Of a stretch of DNA of 64,000 bases, positions 25,001 to 36,617 are shown piece by piece. Source of the stretch: Catajapyx aquilonaris (taxonomy: Eukaryota); assembly GCA_000934665.2 (NCBI GenBank), contig JYFJ02001449.1:1-64000 (forward strand), given 5' to 3'. The translations under genes and the position numbers were made by a program. The first letter of the stretch is position 1. Each line of letters opens with the position of its first letter. The notes under the pieces are model-generated. The model worked only from the letters and a program-made list of their open reading frames with translations. It searched no databases and was not told the origin of the DNA.

Positions 25001-28000
25001 TTACATCAAACCAATAATAGGCATATACAGTAGATTGTGAACTAATAATTGTTAGTAGGTCATCTAAATCGTGACATAAATCCGGTGTCATCCTTTTTCA
25101 AGCACTATGAAAAGCCAGTTCTCCAGGAGGTTACAAGAGGATTACCACTGTACGCATCTCCGATACTTTCACGGAGGCGGATTTTTCCCCCTCCTTTTTT
25201 TTCTACTCGAGAGGTATTAAAAAGTAGGGAAGTTTGCAAAATAATCGAGCCGGAGCCAGCGAGCTTGTGTTTATCCCTCTTGAATTATTAACATTCACCG
25301 ACCTAATATGGAGAGCTGAGAAAACATAAGCATCAGAGGCTGCATGAAAGTTTTTTTTTAAACATTAGACTGTGTATGAAATATTGTACAGAGGGTGGTG
25401 CACTGCTCAACAACAAAAACATTCAAACCTGCGTTGCCTTTATGGAGCATCCGGTTGCTCTAGTTTTTTTTAAACACCAGACAAAAGTGCCATTTCCACT
25501 AAAACTAACAAGCTGATGCGACCAAGAACAATTTGCATTTATCATGGAATCATTGCATTTGCGGGCTCTCGGGTTTGAAATCCCTGCCCCGGCAAACATC
25601 ATAACGACCCCTCTCGTCCGGTCCAATTTGGCATAAAATCGTACGCGTTGCCAACAAGCGCTGAATCCAATGACACATATGATGTCGCCTTGGCCAGGCG
25701 GCGAGCGAAACCCGGAAGCGACTAAGCCCCATAACTCTGGGCAAGATTCATTCACGCTGCGATGGGCACGTCACCAATAATCACTTTTTTACTTTGTATT
25801 TGTCAACACATAAACAGGTCTGGTCGCAACGCGCTCTGAATTTTCATTGCTTCGTTCATTACCCACTTGAAATTGCACCCACTTCTTTTTAAATGCCATG
25901 GCGCCGATATTATTATTATGGCAGTGGACTAATAGCACCAAAATAATTTAGAGAACAACACTATAGGCTAAAGGGGAGATCAGAGGCGACCTAATTCCTT
26001 TCAAAATGGATTCGGTTATCGGCACACAATGAAATCCAAGTGACATTAACTGTAATGTGTGCTTAGGGAGGACGTGTGTGTTGGCGAAAATCAAATTCGG
26101 ACTGTACTGCAGTTCAGTTACATTTGAAATGGTCTGCGGGGCAATTATGTGCGTCAATATTGACTCAGTGTGTTAGATTTAATTTTTCAGCACCAAATCA
26201 ATGCACTTTACCCCCCCGACGAGTGTTACATCCTGCGCCATATCTGCTGTAATAAGCATTGTTTATGTCGCCCACACTTCTTTCTCCACACCCTCCAATT
26301 TTAGCAACAACCATAATCAGCAGCTCGCTGGGAAAAAAGGAGTGCCGGGTATTATAGGATAAAACGAGGTTTAATTGGTCCCCAGCTCCATAAATAATGT
26401 AACGCGCCGCGCACTTCTCTTCCTATATTAATCAGAGCACAGTGCCCCAATTGACTCGGTACATATGGCAATAGGTCGCCGCAATCACAACGTTGCTGAT
26501 TTGCATCATGCTAATTACCCGCCACCATCTCTCGGTTCAATAGTTCCAGAGTAGTGCTCGTCAAAAAGAGATGAGCTGGCAACTTGAATTATTTGCCACT
26601 ATCGTGTTTACACTCCCAGAATGACCTGCAGTTACATGGCCTAGCTGTGGGTACAGAGTGAGGCAACAACACTGTCAAAACGAGCACAATAATTACTGCC
26701 TATACACACCATCGCTCATAAACGCTGCATGTATATAACTTATTGACATTTGCATGGAGACGGTTTATATCATAATATCACACCAGTTGAACAGGTAGAG
26801 CAGCTTGTACCTTTGGGTACTGAACACGTTTTCAAAATTTCCTATTTAACCAACTATTTTCCGACAGAAGTGTTGCCTCACCCTGTCCGAAACAAGCCCA
26901 TCAAAAATATATATTTAAAGGTGTAATATTCCGCAAACCTTTATGCAAATGTCGACACTGCAATAATAGAGAGCATCTGCGGTTTGGCCTACAATTGGTC
27001 AACCGACAAATGACATGGCATGTTTTAAATGCTCGTTTGCCCACTGCTACGATACACCAGGATCGATGAGTTATATGCGCACTAATATAATAGGCCTACA
27101 TACGCCCACACAGGGTGTCATGTGAACAAAAAAGAGAACTTTGCATGTACGAGGGGCCCTCAAAACGCAGCATTTCCTTTGATAAACCAACCGCCAAAAT
27201 TATAAACTGATTTTGCTCAATCATATGAACTGCATTTTCTGCAGAGCTGACGCTTTAAAAATACTTTCCGGTGTACATAGACCAACTCTTGTGAACTTTA
27301 CCGTGTTGAACTCAACCTAACAACTACTGACTGACCAATAGTCCGGATATTTTTTCGGGGCTCGAAATAGTACAAAGCCCTGGAGGCAAACACACCACCT
27401 TGAAAGGCCCATCCTTGATGATGCCTACCTCCACAGAGTTTGTCAATTTGGGTGTTCGCAGAGTTCGGGCCGCAACTTTCCCCTGGTTTTCGCAGAGTTC
27501 GGCCCCGGAGCCTCTCAGATAGCAAAGACTGCTCAAAGTCCACTTACTATGGAGTCGTTTCCCTTAGGCGCCGAAGGAAAAAGATAAGTGCAGTTTTTGA
27601 AAGAATCGTTTGAGGGATCAATAACTCGGAGGCAAAGGATCATCTCTGGATTGGGAGGAAAAAAGAAGCACTTCGGCTTCCTTTTTTTCTCGTGGTCTTA
27701 TCAGTCGGCAGGTTATTCAGTCTTATCGTTGGATATTGTTTGCTCTTCCTTTCCGGGAAGCCACCTTTCATCTCACTGTCTTTGCATGGACGGATAAAGC
27801 AACCCCTCTAATGTGTAGCTGGAACGTATTTCTTTCTAATTTTCCGCCAGTGCATTGCAGTATGTACGGACAATCACCTGAGGCAGACCCACTTGAAATA
27901 ATTTGTCAGACTCACACCGTTTTACATCGGAATTAAAACGAGCGTATTGTATATGTATGAAGATCAAGTGACTGACACTGTAAAACAAAGTGATGCAGCT

Positions 28001-28750
28001 GTTTGCAAGCAGCGGAAAAAATAGGCTCTTGCTAATTACAGCCTCTGAACCTCTTCCTCTGACATAATTTCGTAAGGCCCATTAACTGTCGGGAAAATTC
28101 ATAAATCCCGGCCTGGGAGCCGTAAAACATAGGGCTCGGCGTGTCAAATGATCATCAACGGAACATTTCGTCACATCCAAAGTTGGGTCGGTGCATGCTC
28201 CGTGGAATGATGAAGGGAGGAGAGAACCTGCCCTATTATGCTAATTATCCATCATATCCGACGGGAAGGTGGAAAATCCCCTCCCCCCACCCCCACCCTA
28301 AACAACTTCCATGTGTTTCATGAAATGCCATTCTGCTCCTCACAATAGAAGCCTGGGCTTGCTGTTATAACAATGCGTATCTTCAAATTGTGGGGAGAGG
28401 GAGAGGGTGGGGGTAGATAGGAAGGCCCTTGAACAAAAGCCACAAAGCTCGAATCCGCAGGATATGTTGTGTGTTTGTTCATTAAACGCGTTGAGAACCT
28501 CCAGGATATAATGGCCTGCAGTTTATAACCGGAGGATGCAGCGAATTGTATAAGGTTGATTAACATGTAAATGGAAGCGCGAGTAGCGCTTCTGTTACAG
28601 CCGTTAGTTGGGTCACTGTTAACGCTAGCGAATAAGTTCGGCCTGAGTAATCTATTGGGAAAGGCTTCTTTTATATTGTATTGTAATAAATGGTTAGCAT
28701 ACAGCCTTGGAGATAATTCGGTTTTAAAATGGGCTCAAATAATCGACAGA

Positions 28751-28922
28751 TCGAGGAACTGCTACGCACGCTGCTACTTTAAGCCCTGCTCAAGGAACTG
28801 CTACGCACTCTGCTACTTTAAGCCCTGCTCAAGGAACTGCTACGCACTCTGCTACTTTAAGCCCTGCTCAAGGAACTGCTACACACTCTGCTACTTTAAG
28901 CCCTGCTCAAGGAATTGCGACG
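28751..28922. repeat. 39-bp minisatellite, about 4.4 copies
   Basis: Unit tcaaggaactgctacgcactctgctactttaagccctgc starts at 28751, 28790, 28829 and 28868, with a partial copy at 28907. Full units differ from the consensus by 0-2 substitutions. Confidence 0.95.
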
Positions 28923-29320
28923 TTAACAGCTATTCAATCACTGTGAAGAGAGTCATAAACAGCAGCTACTGGACAATTCCATGTTAACTGCACAGTCAAG
29001 GTTTTCGCATTTTAATCCTACCTTTCAGTGCTGTTTTGCCCTAAAGTTTCATCCTGGATAAGGAGCCGGAAAAATATGGCAGTGGGAGTGGATTGAATCC
29101 GGGAATTTTGGGATGCATAATTAGGTACTGATTGGATTGAAATTGATCACATTCCCCCCCGCTTTTACGTTCCCCAAAGCGTGCTGGGAGGCCACCAACC
29201 TGGGGGGTAATACGGCTACCTGTGACTTTATCTCCGTAATGCATCGGTAACGAGAAATTTCCCCGCAGACGACCACTGCTTCATTATCTGTCTCGCAGCT
29301 CGTTTAAATGTGGGGGCAGT

Positions 29321-29474
29321 GTACCGTGTGTTTCAGAATAAGTCCATGTAGGTGAAACGCCTTCTGACAGTTATGTCACATTTGGAGCACAGTTACGTGC
29401 CCATTGCAGTGAAAGAAAACGAGCGTCCGCTAGATTCTCATCTTTACTGACCTCAGTTTTGAAACACCTAGTAC
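29321..29474. mobile_element. Decayed MITE, 154 bp, TAC(A/C)GGGTGTTTCA-type termini
   Basis: gtaccgtgtgtttcagaa and ttttgaaacacctagtac are 14/18 complementary. TA is present at both ends. Confidence 0.5.
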
Positions 29475-32400
29475 CCTGACGATGTAGTGTGATTATTTCG
29501 ATGGGAGAGTCATTTGGACCCAACCTTTTTTTTCGGTTGTTTTAGACCTAAAGAGCTGGGCATCCGTCAAGCAAGGAACGGTCTCCATCGGACGGAAACT
29601 GTGCTTTTTCCCTGGACATTGTCCACCCAAATGGATCAGTTTGGCCAGAGGGGGTTAGTCACTCCGGAGTTAATGAGGCCGTGGACAGCGGTGTAGCCGT
29701 CGGTTTAATGCTCGCCTAAGGCCTCCCCCCTCCCCGCTTTTGTTGGCCCGCGGGCGGCCCTCCCGCCTCGATTATCATCCGCAACAATTTTGATGCCCAC
29801 TTTTTCTTGCCTAATGAACCCTTTCGAGTCTTTGAGGCAAAGTCCGCTTTAACGGCGACCCAGCGAGTTGCGGGACAATAAAAATTCCGCACTAATTCGC
29901 CCGAGCGGATCGGTCACAAATACTCGGGAGCGATAGTGCCATCAATCTTCCGACTAGCAATTACAGCGTAATGACTAGGAGATCCATAATTCACTCTCTA
30001 TCGCTCCGTGCCATTGATATCCCCCTCACATTTTTTTTTTTTTGGAGGGAGGGAGTTCCATATTTGAAAAAGACTCTTGCACTAGAAGCACGCATATGAG
30101 CTGCTGGAATGTTTCATCCCGATAAAAAAGAGAGTATATTTCACTCTCATTGCATTATTTACATACGTGTAGGTTATTAACGCCAACTATTTGCATGCAG
30201 GCAGTTAGCCGCAGTGGGTGAGCTGATGAAGGAATGAAGAATCCGCTTGAAAAATATTAGCTGCCTTATTATTAAATTAGCCAAGAGTTTCTCTTGACAC
30301 GACACCAAACCAGCAACTTACAGCATCAAAAAGCGTTGAAGTTTGGTGCAACACCGGGTGTGAAAAGGAGGCCCTTTCCATCAGACCAGACCTCAACTGT
30401 AAACTCGGAGCGTATTGACACAGCAAGAATGGTCTGCAACCCTGGCCAAATCAATTAGAGTCCTCTTTACTGAGTGTGCAAGAGCAGTTCAGCTGAATTG
30501 CGGTCAGCTTTTCTCCCCTCCTCCCTTCGTCGTTGGGCAAACCGCAAGATCCGCTGACATTAATCCTGCTACGTCGACTCGACCCGGATTAATAAACGTC
30601 GGTTTTCCCCCCCCCACCAACCAACCCTCCCCGATGACATGTCAACTCAACACGCTGCCCACTGTTTGTCCTCTGGTACCGAAAATTACACGACGAGCAT
30701 CCGCATCACAAAAGACCGCTGCCAATTCGGTGATTAATTCTCGGATAAAAAAATACGCGTTTTTTTGGCCCACGCGTTTGTTGCACTGCTGGAATAACAG
30801 CTCAATCACACAGCTATGGTGTCAGCCGGCCACACTTACAATATATTAAAAAAGCCACTATGATTAAACCATGTCAACGTCTTTTGGGCCGTTCTTTAAC
30901 GCACAACAATGTCAAAGCAGCTCTTTTATTAGCAATATCAGTTACTTGCTAAATTTATTTTATTATAAGAGCTGGGTTTCTTGCCAAGAGCGTTTCTGTT
31001 GCTAGCAATAAAAGAGGTTGGGTGGAATTTTAGTCCCACTGCTAGATACTGCTACGTTAGGATTATCTAACAGGGGGACAAATATTCGACCCGATATTTT
31101 TATATGTAGGAGAACATACTTTTATAGACAACTATTTCCTTTTGAAGTACATTATTTGACAAAATTGTCTTGCATGTTGTCACTAACTTGGTAAGAACCG
31201 TTCCATTAATAGCAATAGCACTGCAGGGTTTTGCCTATACAACAGCAATAATTATTGCAAGAGCAGCAATTTCCCTTCCAGTATAAATAACGTCACATGA
31301 AGTAGCAGTTATGTTATTTGAAGCCAATATTTGTTACCACAAGTTAGGCTAGGTTAGCTAATAATTATTATGTTCTTCTCTAAGCCAGATCATCTGGGTT
31401 AGCTGACAACAATCTGTGAAGACGTTTGGTCGGCCGTCAATCGAAGTCAATCCTGTCTGCTCCGTAGATTTGGTGGTTCCGACCGAATGGCCCGGTCCAG
31501 TATTTGGCTAAGGCGATAACTTGGAATGGAGACCAGAATTTAGCGAGGGAGGTAAGAGGACGAGAGGAGAGGAGGGGGGAGATAGGTGGAGGGGAAGAAC
31601 TCGTTACAAGGGAGGCTCGTATCGGAGAGCTCGATCGCTCGACTTCATCACAAATATGGGGAGCCTTTGCCCGCAGGCAGGGGCTTGTCTCGAGAACCCA
31701 GAGTGCTTCAGCTTATCAAGTGGACTCGGTCCAGGTTGGCCAACTTGTGCAGACATTGCCTGGATGACGTTTATGCCCATCCACACCGGATATATTTGCT
31801 TTAAAGAATGAGGCCAAATTTGCATGATTCGCACAATCCTTGAGCCAATTTGGCCAGCAGGGCCTGTCTGCATGAATATAGCAGGCAAATGAACAGCCCG
31901 ATATGTTCCGGCACAAACTGGAACGTGTCAGTTTGTACTGGACCGTTCTGCCTGTCTGCCTGGGTGTGTTTTTTGTTGTTGAAATTATTATGCCTAATTG
32001 CGAACCCTAATTGTTAATTACACATGCTGCCAGCGTCCACGTACACACATCCAAAGGGTTAGATAAAAGAGGGCCGAACACTCTTCTTTGGGTCAACTGC
32101 AGAGGGGGCCCATGTAAATAGCTATTTGGAAGGGGGGGGGGGCACTAACACGACCCCTCTGTGCGCTCCTGTTCACATGCGAGCAACCGTAACAACCACT
32201 TGTCACAGGCAATTAAGTAGCAGAATGGAAGCCTATTAGCTCTAGGAATCTTAATTAAAACCAATGAAACGTTTATTCATGCTCTTTCAACCGGCGTTCT
32301 TTCTTATACAAACTCGCGTTCACTCCCGGCGCTTGTGGCTCGCGCAACGCTACCTAATTGCCTCCAGTTATTTTGTACACAAAATGCAAACCAGAAACAG

Positions 32401-33241
32401 GAGGTGGAGAATATATTTCTCGCGCTTTACCAGCAACATCTCTGGCTATTTCCAGCCCGGATTGTATCAGGAATTAAACTGCGATAGGGCCGGTTGTACC
32501 ACAGATGTTGAAGTTTGTACTTGTAAAATCAGCGATTTTGTATTTTGGGAATTCACTTGAATATAATAATCCAAAAAATTTATATTAATTTTCGTTAGCA
32601 AAACTGGTTCTTGCAGCCTGGATATCTTGGTTTTTTTTTACCTGAGCTTCTGAACTAGTTTTAAGAGAAGGGCAGGCAATAGCAATTTACTGATCACAGT
32701 AGTTAGTTACTTGCAATATAAGCTATTTTTCAACAGGAACAGTAGCCGTTATTTCACTAGATTAAATCAGTCATTCTGCTTAAAGTTTGTTGCTTGAACT
32801 GTCGTGAGCGATATGTAGCAACAGGAATATTCTGAACATGTCTGATATGGCAACATACCGTAACTATTTATAAAACTTGAATTACTGACCAGTTATGAAC
32901 AGGGTTGTTATTGTACATTATTTTGTTGTCACGTTAAAAATGATAATAATTTGGCATTTTGCCTGATCCAACTTTTATTCACGATCTATGTGCACGGAAT
33001 AAGCCAGATATCGGATAATTAACATAGAAAGTGGGCTTTAAAAAGTTTTAGCGTTTGTAAAATATTAAACGTGCAATTAGAGGCACCATTTATGAGGATA
33101 TCTACCGCAGTTATAATGATCATAACAAAAATGCTGTTACCCAATAAACTCATCTTTATAATCGGGGTAATACAGCTGCCAACGACCACATCAATATGAG
33201 TCTATATTTTTAAAACTTATCCCATAAGCGATTTGGCAAGT

Positions 33242-33620
33242 TACATATGAACAATCCATTCTGTGCTTGGCTGTTGGACTGGAAGGTCACAAGAGTGGTT
33301 GTTCCAACCTCATCATGGCTCAACACCGGAGACTCATTTTTACATAGATTTTACATAGTTTTATATGGTTTTTTTTGTATATTTATATGTGTGTATTGTG
33401 CGTGTGTTTGTGTATCTGTATGTATTCATGTCATCCTTTTCATTATCATCCTATTCATTATATCCTCTGCGTGGCCTGACCAGTCACCAGAGGATTCATT
33501 ATACTGGTCGTTCGAGATGGCCAGGTGGACTGTTCCTACCTGGTCATCGCTGGTAACCCCATCTTGATGGGAATATGCCGTGAAGGAAATGTATGTATGT
33601 ATGTATGTACATATGAACAA
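33242..33620 (+). mobile_element. 5'-truncated non-LTR retroposon (LINE 3' end or LINE-tailed SINE), about 353 bp, with a 13-bp target-site duplication
   Basis: Identical tacatatgaacaa at 33242-33254 and 33608-33620. (GTAT)4 tail at 33591-33607. Stem-loops at 33478-33509, 33516-33548 and 33558-33571. T/TG-rich, UTR-like interior. Confidence 0.8.
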
Positions 33621-36291
33621 ATTATTGCACTAGGATGCCAACAGAAAAATAATATTATCCGCCTGTCAGAAAAGCAATTAATTGTTTGGTACTTGCTATA
33701 CAGTTACACATATTTAACTTTATTCGCTTTGTACAGTACTTTCTAGAATAACATGCTGGTGGCGCAATGTTCTGCAAGAATTTAATGCCAGTTTATTGGC
33801 AAAATTTGATCATGCTAGTAACAGGCCACCTTTTGAATAACTCCAGGAGATATTACAGTGTAAGAATATCTGAGCAACAAGCTTACTTATGAAAAAATCG
33901 GTATTGTTAAATCCGAAGATCCGGGCTGAAAAGTCGTTGAACACACAAAAAAAATCCGTTATTCATATTTTTCACTCCCAGTTCCCAACTTTTTTCTCCA
34001 ACCGCATGCACTGTACATCATACGTATAAACTATACTGTATACACTGTGGCCGGCACAATAGCTGGAAGGACAGCTGAAATAGAAAAAAAGGGAAAAAAC
34101 GAAAAGGAAGTTTTTACCTCCGGATTGAAAGGGCCTACGGGCGTAGCAAAATCGACATTGAAGGACGTGGCCGATGGCATATTCAAAAGACTCTGAAGAA
34201 ATAGCATATAGCGGAGTCGCACACACACAACACTGAGAGAAAAATATTACATCAGAGGAGAAAATCGTGGGGGGAAGGTCCGTTCGGGGGAGAAAAAGCT
34301 CTCTTGGCATTGTCAGGAGTGGAAAATCTCCGTTTCGCGATTTCAGAGAGAAAAAAAAACTGGAGGAAAATGGAAAGGCAGAAACGGGGTAAGGTATAAA
34401 TATCTGGGATCGAGTTTCCAAAGTGGAAGAGAAGCATGGGGATAATCCGGGGCTGGATGTCGAATACTCCTCAAATTGCAGACTCCAGCATGCGAGGGAT
34501 TTGAAATCCGGCACAGGCAATTTGTAGGCCTCGAAGGAAAAGAGATGGGAGGTGGGGAGAGGTAGGTCCCCCGAAACCAGGTAAGGGAAAGGGAACGGCT
34601 ATCACGACCACTCTTTTTGTCGCCTACTTTTCGGCAACCATTGTCATGGAGAGTACTGAAACGCTATACAGCAGCTATAGAGGAAAGGGAAAATCCTTAC
34701 TCCGAAAAACCTCTTTCTCCAGGGAGAGTCAACAAAAACGTGAATGCGAAACTGCTGTGGAGTATTGAATGCGGCAAGTTTTCGCGATAGGATACACTTT
34801 TGCGACGGTCCTGAATAACGTAAATGGTTCATTGTTTTAGCGGTTTAATTAAGATGAAAGCGTGTGAGATGATAAAGGAAATCTACAAAATCTACACTGA
34901 TTGTGTGCTGACAATATTTTTGAATAAAGAGAGCTAAGGCACAATATTATGTTCTTGAACATCATTTACGCGTGTTGAACGGTGTTAATTATTACAATTA
35001 AAAAAATTATCAGGATCCTGCAATATTTTGACAATTTCATCCAAACGTGCTCCCAGTACTTGCCTACCTACACAGAGTCGAATCTGCAACTAACCGCAGG
35101 AATATTCACCGCTCATAATTTGCGGAAAAAAATTCCAAACTTTCGTCTGAAAACTCCTCTAAAATGAGAGTAGTCGGCAGGCAGAAAAACACAAAAGTAT
35201 CCCTCCCAAAAAATAGAGAGTATAACTCGCCCACAACCGCGATTTCCATTAGCATATTGATGGTATACCCCGCACACTCCCCCATCTCTCGCCCACTCTC
35301 TCATATAAGCTACTTTGGCTCACCAAGCTTGAATAAAGCCGGCTGAGTTGTGCTTTGTAATCGAAACATGAGAGGGGGGATGGTTGGGTAGGGGGGAGAG
35401 GGGGTCAAGCAGTGCATTACCTACAGTGCGGCATGTTCTGAGCAATGTAATGCTGTTAGCAAGGTATGGCCGAGTATATGTATGCGCATATATATGCATA
35501 CATGCACACACACACACTGTATCAGGACTATCATTAGTCCTGGGGCGACATCAGCTCGGGACCATCTCCCACAACGCGTCTGCTAATCGATGATTCGTGT
35601 TCACTCATTTGAAAGTCCAAAGTTAACACAACGTATTACGGTGCATGGAAAAGCGATTCCGGATCTAGTTGCTGCTAAACAGCGCGAAATTACAATGCGT
35701 CGCAATTATCAGCTTGGTGCAATAATTAGGCAGGCAGACATCATTATGCGTGTAGTGTGTGTGTATGTATATAGATCGATTCAGTGCTCTTTGCTGGTAT
35801 TAAATACTATCGGGTACAAAATGTTTGTTGTAGAAATTTTAAAGCGTACCGAGATACTTGGGTACATTAAGCAGTTATCTTCATAATTTATATAAAAAGA
35901 TTAAGTTGCATTGAAACTCTGAAATGCAATGTATAGGTCCAATTGAAACAAGTGGCGCACCGAATGATAGCAATAATTTTTGCCGGCGTTCAAAATGATG
36001 AGAAAAGGCAATATTATCTTTAAAATTAATTCATGATAACCGAACAGCTTATGGGAGAATTTAACGAGCACTGCAAAATCAATGCGGGCATTAACTTATA
36101 AGGGCGATAAAATCATCCATCATTTTTTTGACCCAGATTGGAACACAAATATTTTTCAACCCTCTGCCAATAATATACCAGAACAACAGCAAAGCCCGTA
36201 GAAAATTAACAGCTGCACATTTCGCTGTATACAACGTGATTTCATGTCGAATGTTTTGACCAATTACAAAACCTGAAAAGGCCATACGATG

Positions 36292-36617
36292 TACAGGGTG
36301 GTGCACTGCCTCAATAATTTTTTTAGTTCATTTTGGTTCGGCCAATTGCCCTTTCGTGAAAATGTTCATGATCTGACGAAATCATCAAAATGATTTTCGT
36401 CCAATTTCTATGGAGATTGAAGTGGTGGAAAATTGTTTTCCTCCAAGCAATGAGTTTCACAAGAGATTTTGTATGCTTCATTTTAAATCGGTTTCTCTCT
36501 TGAGTTCGCAATAAATTATGGAGACACAACATTTCGACAAAATTTTCAATATGGCCTACAAATAAATTAACCAAATTTTTTCACGTCGATAGGTCTTGAC
36601 CGGTTCACCACCCGGTG
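36292..36617. mobile_element. Decayed MITE/non-autonomous DNA transposon, about 326 bp
   Basis: tacagggtggtgca and ttcaccacccggtg are 11/14 complementary. Additional internal inverted matches: ggccaattg/caatatggcc and cgtgaaaa/ttttcacg. A related left end (acagagggtggtgcactgctcaa) lies near 25388-25410. Confidence 0.55.

Noticed and set aside
28751..28922. 39-bp repeats as a CRISPR array
   Set aside because: The units are head-to-tail with no unique spacers, there are no cas genes, and the context is eukaryotic.
33247..33567. 106-aa ORF with a transmembrane-like stretch
   Set aside because: The hydrophobicity comes from the T/TG-rich interior of the TSD-flanked retroposon.
33972..34520. 182-aa ORF on -
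   Set aside because: Its Phe/Ser/Pro-rich composition simply mirrors the purine-rich + strand; non-ATG start and no domain.
34394..34586. TATAAA followed about 185 nt later by CAG|GTAAGG as an alternative first exon
   Set aside because: No initiator at the expected distance and no supportive ORF; both motifs are common by chance.
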